DNA of 64,000 nucleotides from an uncultured Trueperaceae bacterium (GTDB lineage Bacteria; Deinococcota; Deinococci; Deinococcales; Trueperaceae): positions 639,023 to 703,022 of the forward strand of contig CAWFFU010000011.1 in NCBI GenBank assembly GCA_963815215.1, read 5' to 3'. Within the stretch, counting starts at the first letter, position 1; every line of letters begins with the position of its first letter. This document shows positions 29,618-38,272 of this stretch, piece after piece. Position numbers and translations under genes: made by a program. The notes beneath the pieces are model-generated. The model saw only the letters and a list, made by a program, of their open reading frames with translations. It did not search any database and had not been told where the DNA came from.

Positions 29618-31333
29618 TCAGGGTGCGACAAGCAGGTGTCCCGCCAGGTAGCTGTGCAGCCCATCGAACAGGGTCGTGGACAGCAGCGTTCCTGGACCCG
29701 GGGTGGCGTGATCGATGGCGTTGCCCGACACCTCGTACAGGTCGTGCTCGAGGTCGGGCAGGTACAGATAGCTCACGTGCGGGGCGGCGTGCGCCAGGGC
29801 CTCGCCGTTGCGCGGTGGGACCTGCACGTCTTTGCCACCCTGGACCACCAGGACGGGAACGCTGACCTGTGAGGCCAGCAGCGCCGGATCCTCGTCGATC
29901 TCGCTTCGCAGTAGCCCTGCGGCGTGCGCGAAGGCAGCCGCAACGGGGTTCTTGGCAAGCTCGCCCGTGAGTTCCATGCGCGTCCCGCTGCTGGCCCGGA
30001 TCGCCTCGACGGCCTGCCGGGCCTGCGCCTCGACCGCCGCGACCTCGTTCGCCGACGCGCCACGCAGCCGCACCAGCCGGGCGAGCTGAGCGATGATCAC
30101 TTGTCCCAGCGGCAATCCGGGGGACTCGAGCAGCACCACCGTGGCGGGGTCGACGTAGCCGTTGGCGACTGCGTACAACGCCACCAGGCCCCCTTCGGAG
30201 TGCCCCACCAGGCCTACGCGCCGGGGATCGATGTCGGGGCGGGCGCGGAGCAGGGCCACCCAGTCCGCCACGTTGCGGGCGTAGGTCGCCAGCGTCACCG
30301 CGTTGCCGTCTCCGCTGCTGGCGCCGATGCCGAGCTTGTCGATGCGCAGCACGGCGTAGCCCTGGCAGGCCAGGGCGTAGGCGAACTGCCGGTACATGCC
30401 GTTGGTGATCAGGGGCGGCGCATTGCCATCGCGATCGACCGCGCCGCTTCCGGGGATCAGGAGCAGGGCGGGGGCTCCCACCCCCGACGGCGACGCCACC
30501 GGGACACTCAGCGTGCCCGCCAGCGTCTCACCGCCGCTGTGCACCTGCACGACGTGCTCGCGCAGGCAGCGGCGCTCGTCCGAGAGGTGCCGCTGCAGCG
30601 CGGCGGTAGCCGCTCGCGCGTCGGCGGCGGCGCTCGCCGCTGCGGCCGACGATGCGGGCGTCTCGAGCTCGTAGCGCAGCGAGGTCAGCGGCTGCTCGAA
30701 GGCGACGATGCGGCCGGTCCCGTCGAGCCACAGCACCAGATCCACCGACTGCCCGGCGACGTTCATGGTGGCGTCGTAGCGCTCCGCGCTCTGCGAGGCG
30801 CCCCCCACCTCGACGCTCCCCTTGCCCGCGGCACGCACGCTGACAGTGCCGGCGCGGGCCGCCTGGGGGACCAGCACGTCGAAGCGCTGCGGCTGGACCG
30901 CACCGGGGTCCAGCCGGTCGGCGAGGATCTGCCAACCGTCGAGCATGCTGTTGTCGAGGATGAGCACGGGGCCGGGCAGCGGGACCTGTAGCGTCTGCTT
31001 GGCGCCGCCCTGCTCGATGGTGAAGCTCGCCTGGGGGCCGCTGAGGGCCACGTCCATCGTCAGGGGCGCGCCGCGAGCCGTCCCCTCCAGATGGTAGCTG
31101 CGGGCGTTCCCCGCAGCATCGGTGACAAGGTGATCGGTCAGGTCGGCGAGGCCGGTCAGGGACAGGCTGGAGTCGCTGACGGTGCCACCGGGCGCGCGTG
31201 TGAGCGCCACCTGGAAGCTCCCCAGCGTCGATCCTGCCTGGCGGATCTGGTAGCTCTGCGCGGCCGCCGCCCCCATGGCGAGCAAGGCGGTCAGCGCCAG
31301 TGAAACGAGTGCGCTACGGGTCATGCGCTTCAT
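29618..31333 (-). CDS. Secreted alpha/beta hydrolase with N-terminal beta-rich domain
   Basis: Signal peptide; PGSGAVDRDGN, IDKLGIG, nucleophile GHSEGG, QGGKDVQV and LEHDL motifs. Confidence 0.85.
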   Translation of the reverse strand: MKRMTRSALVSLALTALLAMGAAAAQSYQIRQAGSTLGSFQVALTRAPGGTVSDSSLSLTGLADLTDHLVTDAAGNARSYHLEGTARGAPLTMDVALSGPQASFTIEQGGAKQTLQVPLPGPVLILDNSMLDGWQILADRLDPGAVQPQRFDVLVPQAARAGTVSVRAAGKGSVEVGGASQSAERYDATMNVAGQSVDLVLWLDGTGRIVAFEQPLTSLRYELETPASSAAAASAAADARAATAALQRHLSDERRCLREHVVQVHSGGETLAGTLSVPVASPSGVGAPALLLIPGSGAVDRDGNAPPLITNGMYRQFAYALACQGYAVLRIDKLGIGASSGDGNAVTLATYARNVADWVALLRARPDIDPRRVGLVGHSEGGLVALYAVANGYVDPATVVLLESPGLPLGQVIIAQLARLVRLRGASANEVAAVEAQARQAVEAIRASSGTRMELTGELAKNPVAAAFAHAAGLLRSEIDEDPALLASQVSVPVLVVQGGKDVQVPPRNGEALAHAAPHVSYLYLPDLEHDLYEVSGNAIDHATPGPGTLLSTTLFDGLHSYLAGHLLVAP

Positions 31334-31338
31334 CCGGC

Positions 31339-32205
31339 TCAGCCCCCGTAGAGCGTGCCGGCGTTCAGCACGGGCGTGCTAGCCTGCTCGCTGGTCAGCG
31401 CCACCATGAGGTTGTTGGCCATAGCGGCGCGCTTGTCCTGGTCGAGCTCGACCACGCCGCGTGAGGCGAGGCCGTCCAAGGCGTCCTCCACCATGCCCAC
31501 CGCGGCCTCCACGATGAGCCGCCGGGCGGACACGACCGCCTGGGCCTGCTGACGGCGCAGCATCGCCTGGGCGATCTCGGGCGCGTAGGCGAGGTGCGTC
31601 AGCCGCGCCTCGATGACGTCCACGCCGGCGACCTCGAGGCGAGCGTCGAGCTCCTCCTTGAGCGCAAGGGCGAGTTCCTCGGGGTTCTCCCGGAGGCTCT
31701 GCCGGTCCTGGCCGCTGGCATCGTACGGATAGCGGGTGGCGAGGCTGCGGATGGCCGTCTCCGCCTGGATGTCCACGAACTCCTCGTAGTCGTCGACGTC
31801 GAACACCGCCTTGGCCGACTCCACCACCCGCCACACCACCACGGCTGCGATCTCGACGGGGTTGCCGTCGGCATCGTTCACCTTCAGCTTGTCGCTGTTG
31901 AAGTTGCGCACGCGCAGGCTCACCCGGCGCTTGCTGGTGAACGGGTTGGCCCACCAGAAGCCCGGCAGGCGAACGCTGCCGACGTAGCTACCGAAGAACA
32001 CCAGCACCCGGGCCTCGTTGGGCTGCACGGCGAAGAAGCCCGGGGCGAGCAGCACCACTAGGATGATCATGACCACCCGGAGCAGGAGCCCGGGCAGATG
32101 TCCATACGCTGCGCCGGCCACCAGATAGCCGATCAGAGCCAACTCGACGACGAGTACCGGAAAGCCGTTGATGGCGAACGCACGCTTCTCTTGCACGCGA
32201 ATCAT
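31339..32205 (-). CDS. SPFH (band 7/flotillin-like) domain protein
   Basis: QPNEARVLVFFGSYVG, KVNDADGNPVEIAAVVVW and LAYAPEIAQAMLRRQQA motifs; AAGGAGG RBS. Confidence 0.92.
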   Translation of the reverse strand: MIRVQEKRAFAINGFPVLVVELALIGYLVAGAAYGHLPGLLLRVVMIILVVLLAPGFFAVQPNEARVLVFFGSYVGSVRLPGFWWANPFTSKRRVSLRVRNFNSDKLKVNDADGNPVEIAAVVVWRVVESAKAVFDVDDYEEFVDIQAETAIRSLATRYPYDASGQDRQSLRENPEELALALKEELDARLEVAGVDVIEARLTHLAYAPEIAQAMLRRQQAQAVVSARRLIVEAAVGMVEDALDGLASRGVVELDQDKRAAMANNLMVALTSEQASTPVLNAGTLYGG

Positions 32206-32216
32206 GACGCCTCCTT

Positions 32217-32246
32217 TGGCATCAGTATGATATCACACCGATACCA
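32217..32246. promoter_or_regulatory. Candidate RHH operator: three TGATATCA-like boxes at 11-bp spacing
   Basis: TGGCATCA (32217), TGATATCA (32228) and CGATACCA (32239), overlapping a minus-strand CATACT -10. Confidence 0.55.
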
Positions 32247-32278
32247 GGAGTCAGGGACGTCCGTCCCCCTTTGCGTCG

Positions 32279-33046
32279 TCAGGTGCGCTCGGCCAGCAAC
32301 CGCAATCCGCGAAGGGTGAGCAGCGGGTCGGTGACGTCGATCCGCTTCGCATGTGGCTTCACTACGTCGGCGAAACCTCCGGTCGCGATGACGAACGGCT
32401 CGCCGTGCTGGGGGTCGATCTCCGCGGCCAGGCGCTCCACCATGCCGTCGACCATGGCGGCGTACCCGAACACCAGCCCCGACTGCAGCGCGCTCACCGT
32501 GTTGCGCCCGATGGCGCGCTCCGGCGCCACCAGGTCGACCCGCGGCAGCTTGGCGGCACGGGCGAAGAGCGCCTCGGCGGCCACCCCGGGACCGGGGGCC
32601 AGGGCCACGCCCAACAGCCGGTTGGGCCGGACCACCACGTCGAAGTTGGTGGCCGTGCCGAAGTCGACCACGATGAACGCGTCGGCCCGGTACTGCAGCG
32701 CCGCCACGGCGTTGACCATGCGATCGGCGCCGACCTCGCGCGGGTTGTCGGTGGCGACGTCCAACAGCGGCGCCACCAGCTCCGACGTGACCAGTTGCAC
32801 CGACACCCCCCAGTAACGTTCGAGGGCGTTCGTCAACTCCGGCGCCACCGGCGGCACGACCGAGGAGACGATGGCCCGACCCGGCGGCTCGAGCCCGGCG
32901 AGCTCGAACAGCCGGCTCAGCAGCACCGCGTACTCGTCGGCCATGCGCATGCGGTCGGTCGACACGCGCCACGAAGCCACCAGATCTTCGCCCCGGTAGA
33001 GGCCGAGAACGGTCGAGGTGTTGCCGACATCGACGGCCAGGAGCAC
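32279..33046 (-). CDS. coaX: Type III pantothenate kinase
   Basis: [26 protein letters not shown] and IATGG motifs. Confidence 0.96.
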   Translation of the reverse strand: MLLAVDVGNTSTVLGLYRGEDLVASWRVSTDRMRMADEYAVLLSRLFELAGLEPPGRAIVSSVVPPVAPELTNALERYWGVSVQLVTSELVAPLLDVATDNPREVGADRMVNAVAALQYRADAFIVVDFGTATNFDVVVRPNRLLGVALAPGPGVAAEALFARAAKLPRVDLVAPERAIGRNTVSALQSGLVFGYAAMVDGMVERLAAEIDPQHGEPFVIATGGFADVVKPHAKRIDVTDPLLTLRGLRLLAERT

Positions 33047-33052
33047 GGCGCG

Positions 33053-33101
33053 AGTCTACCACCGCGACCCACGTGCCCCGCCGGCGGGGCGCTGGTAGAC
33101 T
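33053..33101. promoter_or_regulatory. Back-to-back leaderless promoters of coaX and dcd
   Basis: TAGACT on the minus strand (33058-33053, 6 nt before GTG) and TAGACT on the plus strand (33096-33101, 7 nt before ATG). Confidence 0.65.
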
Positions 33102-33108
33102 GCGCCCC

Positions 33109-33657
33109 ATGAGCGTCAAACCGGACTGGTGGATCCGCGAGCGTGCCGCGGCCGGCATGATCGACCCTTTCGAGGACGGGCTGGTGCGTGAGGGCGTCAT
33201 CAGCTACGGCCTCAGCAGCTTCGGCTACGATCTGCGGGCGGCACCGGAGTGGCGCATCTTCGTCAACGCCTTCAACTCGGTGGTCGACCCCAAGCACTTC
33301 GACACCCGCAGCCTGGTCGAGTTCGAGGGCGAGGAGTGCATCATCCCGCCCAACAGCTTCGTCCTGACGCGCTCGGTGGAGTACCTGCGCATCCCTGAGG
33401 ACGTGATGGTGCTGGCGCTGGGCAAGAGTAGCTACGCCCGATGCGGCATCGTCGCCAACGTCACGCCGCTCGAGCCCGGGTGGGAGGGGCACGTCACGCT
33501 CGAGCTGTCCAACACCACCCCGCTGCCCGCCAAGGTGTACGCCAACGAGGGCATCGTCCAGCTCGTCTTCTTCCAGGGGGACCGGCCGACGCAGACCTAC
33601 GCCGAGCGCAAGGGCAAGTACCAGGGGCAACGCGGGGTCACGCTGCCGCGCCTGTAG
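33109..33657 (+). CDS. dcd: dCTP deaminase
   Basis: [31 protein letters not shown] and [11 protein letters not shown] motifs. Confidence 0.96.
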   Translation: MSVKPDWWIRERAAAGMIDPFEDGLVREGVISYGLSSFGYDLRAAPEWRIFVNAFNSVVDPKHFDTRSLVEFEGEECIIPPNSFVLTRSVEYLRIPEDVMVLALGKSSYARCGIVANVTPLEPGWEGHVTLELSNTTPLPAKVYANEGIVQLVFFQGDRPTQTYAERKGKYQGQRGVTLPRL

Positions 33658-33690
33658 CCGCTGCGGCGCCCGTCCCGGCCGCTCGGAACG

Positions 33691-35046
33691 TCATACCTCG
33701 TTCTCATCGCCGAGCTCGACCGCGGGTATCCGGATGGTGAACACGGTCCTGCCCGGCACGCTCTCCACCTCGATCGAACCGCTGTGGTGGCGCGCGATCT
33801 GCTCCGCGATGGCGAGGCCGAGGCCGGCGCCGCCGCCGGCCCCCTTGTAGAACTTCTCGAAGATGTGCGGCAGCACCTCCTGCGGGATGCCGGGCCCGTC
33901 GTCGGCGACGCCCAGCACCATGTCGCCGTTCTCCGACCGCAGCGACACCTCTACCCCTGCTCCGCCTCCGCTGGCACGAACGGCGTTGGCGACGAGGTTG
34001 CGCACGAGCTGCCGGAGCCGCTCCGGGTCCCCCAGCACCAACCCCCCCGCGGCGCAGCGCAGCCCGACGCCGGGGAACTCCTCGGCGACCGGCTGCAGCA
34101 CGTCCTCGGCGGGGTCGACCAGGTGGGTCGGCACCGGCGCGGCCACCAGCTCGCCGCGCGATAGTTGCAGCAGGTCCTCGACCAGCCGGTTCATGGTGCC
34201 GCTGACGCGCAGGGCGTCCTCCAGGTCACGCCGCGCGCGCTCGTCCCCGTGACGCTTGGCGCGTTCAAGGAAGCCCTGCAAGCTGGTGAGCGGGGTCCTG
34301 AGCTCGTGGCTGGTCTCGGCCAGGAAGGCGCGCTGCGCGTCCATGGCTTCCTGCAGCCGCCGCAGCAGGTCGTTGAGACTGAAGGTGAGCCGCCCCACCT
34401 CGTCGCCGGGGCCCTCGTAGGGGATGGGATCCAACCGCTCCGGACCGAGCTCCGCGGCCAGCCGCGACAGGCGCGCGATCGGCCTCAGCGCCGCCGCCGC
34501 CACCAGGTACCCCACCACGGCGCTCAGCAGGACCAGCGCCAGCCCCGTGAACAGCAGCGCCCGCGACAAGCCGGCCAGCGCCAGGCCGATGTAGGTCGGG
34601 TCGGCGAGAACGGCGACCACGCCCACATCGAAGGGAGCGAGGGCCGCCTCCATGCGCTTGCCGCCCAGCCGCCCGCTCCACAGCAGGCTGCCGGAGCGCG
34701 CCGAGGCCACATCGGACGGTGGGATCGCCGCCTGGGCCTGCTCGAACTCCGGCTTGGAGGCGACCAGCAGCATGCCGTCGAGGCCGTACACCTGCACGAC
34801 CACGCCGCCGGTAGGCCCGGTGACGCGCGTGCGGGCGCTGCCCTGGCCGCCCTCCCGGTAGAGGGTGGCCACCGCCGCCGCATCCTGGCGCAGGGCGTTG
34901 CGCAGGTCGGCGTAGAGGCTGGAACGCACCACGAAGTAGGCGGCGAGCACCGCCACCACCGTCAGCACCGCGATGGCCAGGCCGGCCAGCACGGCCACGC
35001 GCCAGGTCAGTGGGAGCCCACCGGTGCGGAGCGGCCGGACCCTCAT
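33691..35046 (-). CDS. HAMP-domain sensor histidine kinase
   Basis: Two TM segments, HAMP (DEVGRL), H-box SHELRTPLT, N-box NLVANA, DDGPGI and GAGLGL. Confidence 0.93.
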   Translation of the reverse strand: MRVRPLRTGGLPLTWRVAVLAGLAIAVLTVVAVLAAYFVVRSSLYADLRNALRQDAAAVATLYREGGQGSARTRVTGPTGGVVVQVYGLDGMLLVASKPEFEQAQAAIPPSDVASARSGSLLWSGRLGGKRMEAALAPFDVGVVAVLADPTYIGLALAGLSRALLFTGLALVLLSAVVGYLVAAAALRPIARLSRLAAELGPERLDPIPYEGPGDEVGRLTFSLNDLLRRLQEAMDAQRAFLAETSHELRTPLTSLQGFLERAKRHGDERARRDLEDALRVSGTMNRLVEDLLQLSRGELVAAPVPTHLVDPAEDVLQPVAEEFPGVGLRCAAGGLVLGDPERLRQLVRNLVANAVRASGGGAGVEVSLRSENGDMVLGVADDGPGIPQEVLPHIFEKFYKGAGGGAGLGLAIAEQIARHHSGSIEVESVPGRTVFTIRIPAVELGDENEV

Positions 35047-35131
35047 CGAGCCGCGCCCCTGCGACCCGACTCGCCCGGCCGGAGGGCGTGCGCACACGGG
35101 CGGCCGGCACCAAGACCGCGGCCGGCCACCG

Positions 35132-35800
35132 TCAGGACTTCAGCGCGTAACCGATGCCCCGGACCGTCCGGATCACCCCGTAGCCGCCGGCGTCGCGCAA
35201 CTTCCCGCGGATGTTGGCGATATGCACGTCCACGACGTTGCTGGAGGGCGGAAGGCTCTCGCCCCAGACGTTGGTCTCGATCTCCTTGCGGCTGTACACA
35301 CGGCCCGGCTGGCCGGCGAGGTACGCCAGTAGATCGTACTCGCGCGGGCTGAGGCGCACCTCGTCGTCGCCCCAGAGGACCTGCCGCCGCACCGGGTCGA
35401 TGGTCATGTCGCCGACCGTGCGGGTCGAGCCCAGGCTGCGCTTGCGGAGCTGCACGTTGATGCGCGCCACCAGCTCCTCGACGTGGAACGGCTTGGCCAG
35501 GTAGTCGTCGGCACCGGCATTGAGCATGTCGACCTTGGTGTTCAGCTCGTCGGCGGCGGTCAGGATGACGATCGGCGTATCGCCGGTACGACGCACGCGC
35601 CGCGCGATCTCCTGGCCACTCAGATCTGGCAGGCCCAGATCGAGCACCACCAGGTCCGGGTCGGCCTCGCGGATGGCGGAGAGCCCCCGGATGCCACTGT
35701 CGAACGCCAGCACCTCGTAGCCCGCCTCCTGCAACTCCAAGGTCAACAGCCGCAGGATGTCGACGTCGTCCTCCACGATCAGGATGCGCTTCTTCGACAC
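35132..35800 (-). CDS. OmpR/PhoB-family response regulator (DrRRA-like)
   Basis: IVEDD, LDLGLPD, GADDYLAKPF and NVVDVHIANIRGKL..IRTVRGIGY motifs. Confidence 0.94.
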   Translation of the reverse strand: MSKKRILIVEDDVDILRLLTLELQEAGYEVLAFDSGIRGLSAIREADPDLVVLDLGLPDLSGQEIARRVRRTGDTPIVILTAADELNTKVDMLNAGADDYLAKPFHVEELVARINVQLRKRSLGSTRTVGDMTIDPVRRQVLWGDDEVRLSPREYDLLAYLAGQPGRVYSRKEIETNVWGESLPPSSNVVDVHIANIRGKLRDAGGYGVIRTVRGIGYALKS

Positions 35801-36178
35801 CTACTCCCCCTCCCCCGGTTGAACCGCGAGGGCGATGCCGCGCTGAGCGAGCAGCGCCCGGAGGGACACAGGCTGGTCGCTCTCGGGGAACACCAACAGG
35901 ATGTCCTTGCCGTCGACGCTGATCCTACCGCTGATGGCGCGGGCGCCGCTCAGCGCCGCCGCACGCTCGGCCTGGGTGGCGTCGGGCGGGAAGAACAGCA
36001 GGCGCAGCTGGGTGCCCGCGGCGGGCGCGGTCTGGAAGACGAGCTGCGCGTCCTGGAGCCGTGCGCTGGCGTAGACCGTCAGCAGGTCCGGGGATACCAG
36101 CCGCACCTCGGTCCCCACCGGCAGGGCGGGAACGCCCAGTGCGCTCTGCGCCACGAGCAAGAGGATCCCCGCGCTCAT
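35801..36178 (-). CDS. Small hypothetical protein, probably exported
   Basis: Abuts the response regulator start; hydrophobic N-terminus. The true start may be 36210 if a frameshift is present. Confidence 0.6.
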   Translation of the reverse strand: MSAGILLLVAQSALGVPALPVGTEVRLVSPDLLTVYASARLQDAQLVFQTAPAAGTQLRLLFFPPDATQAERAAALSGARAISGRISVDGKDILLVFPESDQPVSLRALLAQRGIALAVQPGEGE

Positions 36179-36537
36179 GGCCGTCGCCTGCCGATCCGCC
36201 GGTGGTCCATGCCCTCATGCTACCAGCGCGCCATGAATCCGCTGCTGGAGCGGCTTAAGGGAACCTTCATGGGTCCCGCGGGCCAGCTTCCGACCCCCGC
36301 CGGCTCGGGTGCGGGGCCGGGCCCCGCGCGAACGCCGGCGGTCCACCGAGAAACGCGCTCGGGGAGGCGCCCAAGTGAACGACCTAACCCCGCGGTCGGG
36401 TGTCGTCGGTCATCATGGACCCGGTGTGACAGCACGCGGGTGAGCGCCGCAGCGCCGTATCGGGCAGCAGGCGGCGGCTGAAGGCAGCCGGACGCCGAAC
36501 CGGCCTCTCCCGGACGCCGTGCATGAAGGGGTCTCGC

Positions 36538-38235
36538 ATGAGCCATCCACCGGTCCCGGGCCGGGCCGCGCAGGCGATCGTTCGCCCGCCCGGCGGCCCC
36601 GCCGCCAGGTCGCGATCGCTGCGGCTGCCGGCCGCCGTCGTCCTGGCGCTGACGCTCCTGCTCGGGCACGGCGTCGGGCACGCACAGAGCTTCGACGCCA
36701 ACCGCTACTACCAGCAGTGCCTGCGGTTCGAGGCCGGGGGCGATCTCGAGACGGCCCGGCAGAGCTGCCTCAACGCCCTGCAGATCGACCCCGGCAGGGT
36801 GGACGCCACGGTGGCGCTGGCCCGGATCGAGCTCGAGCTCGGCATGACCGGCTCGGCCGAGCAACGCCTCCGCCAGATCCGCGACCAGACCGCCAGCCCC
36901 GAACCGCTGGTGCTGCTGGCGCAGGCCGCCGTGCAGCTCGACCGGTTCGGCGAGGCCGATGCCTACCTCCAGCAGGCGCGTGAACGCCTGAGCGTGCAGC
37001 CCAACCGCCAGCTCTCCGCCAAGGCAGCGTACCTGGCGGGCCGGGTCGAACAGCACCGCGGCCTGTTCAATGCGGCGCTCGCGGCGTACGGCAACGCCGT
37101 CGAGCAGGACAGCCTCGACGTCGACTACCGCCTGGCCGAGGCCAGGCTGCGCTTCGAGCTCGGCGATCCCACCACCGCACGCGACCAGCTCGAGGCATAC
37201 ATGAAGCTCTCGGGGGACACGACGAACCCTCAGGTCCACGCCCTGATCGGCACCGCGTTGTGGTCGATGGGAAACCTGACCGCGGCCGCCGGGGAGCTGG
37301 AGACGGCGCTGGCGTTGCGCAACTCGCGCGACACGAGCGCACAGGCCGGCGACCTGCGCAAGCTGGCGCTCATCTACTACGCCGAGGGCGAGGTCCAGGC
37401 CGGAGGCCTGGCCCTCCGGGAGGCCACCCGCCGCGGCAACCTGCAGACGCTGCTCGTCAGCAACGGACTGCTGTGGCTGCTCCTGCTGCTGTTCCTGCTG
37501 GCCGTCCACCTGATGGGCGAGAGCCGCATCGCCAACGCCACCACACTCGAAGTGATCGAGGGCCCCCAGGAGTGGAGCGTGGGCCAGGCCTACGGGGTGC
37601 TGGCGGCGAGCCTGCTGCTGGCGGCGCTGGCCGCACTCGTCTACAGCCTGGTCGTCTACAACAACGCCCTCGCGTTCCTCACGCCATTGCAGGAGATCGA
37701 CGTGCGGGCGGTGTTCCTGATCGCCTTGTCGCTGTTGCTGGTGGGCCTCACCTGGCGCCGGGTCGCGCTGAACGGTTGGGATCCCTTCGAACGGCTGCTC
37801 GGGAGCGGCGAGCAGGCCCTGACCGGCATCGGTCTGGGCATACTGATGCTCGCCGCCGTGCTGGCCTACCTGACGTACGCGCCGCGCGGCGGCCTGCTGG
37901 GGCCGTTCTACCTGGGCCCCACCTACCTCACGCCGCTGGTCGTCGTCGCGCTGGTGCTGCTCCCGCTCACGGAGCTGTTCTTCCGCGCCTTCCTGATCCC
38001 GCCGCTCCGCCGGCGCTACGACGGGGGCATCGCGACCATCGGCTCGGCCGCCGTCTACGGTCTGACGCTGGTCACGCCCGTGGCGCTGCTGTTCGTGTTC
38101 GGGCTGGCACTCTCCGAGGTGTACCGCCGCCGCTCCAACGGCATCACGCCACTGCTGGCGCAACTGGTGCTGAACGTGGGGCTGGTGCTGGCAGTAGCCT
38201 TCAGCCCCTGGGCCCGTAGCCTGTTCCTGCCCTGA
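36538..38235 (+). CDS. TPR-repeat protein fused to a degenerate CPBP (CAAX protease/Abi)-like membrane domain
   Basis: Signal-like segment, multiple Ala/Leu-rich TPR helices, then about 8 TM segments with TELFFR and RRRSNGITPLLAQLVLN. Confidence 0.72.
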   Translation: MSHPPVPGRAAQAIVRPPGGPAARSRSLRLPAAVVLALTLLLGHGVGHAQSFDANRYYQQCLRFEAGGDLETARQSCLNALQIDPGRVDATVALARIELELGMTGSAEQRLRQIRDQTASPEPLVLLAQAAVQLDRFGEADAYLQQARERLSVQPNRQLSAKAAYLAGRVEQHRGLFNAALAAYGNAVEQDSLDVDYRLAEARLRFELGDPTTARDQLEAYMKLSGDTTNPQVHALIGTALWSMGNLTAAAGELETALALRNSRDTSAQAGDLRKLALIYYAEGEVQAGGLALREATRRGNLQTLLVSNGLLWLLLLLFLLAVHLMGESRIANATTLEVIEGPQEWSVGQAYGVLAASLLLAALAALVYSLVVYNNALAFLTPLQEIDVRAVFLIALSLLLVGLTWRRVALNGWDPFERLLGSGEQALTGIGLGILMLAAVLAYLTYAPRGGLLGPFYLGPTYLTPLVVVALVLLPLTELFFRAFLIPPLRRRYDGGIATIGSAAVYGLTLVTPVALLFVFGLALSEVYRRRSNGITPLLAQLVLNVGLVLAVAFSPWARSLFLP

Positions 38236-38272
38236 GCCCGGCGGGCTCCGCGCCCGCCCGCGGTGCCCGCCC

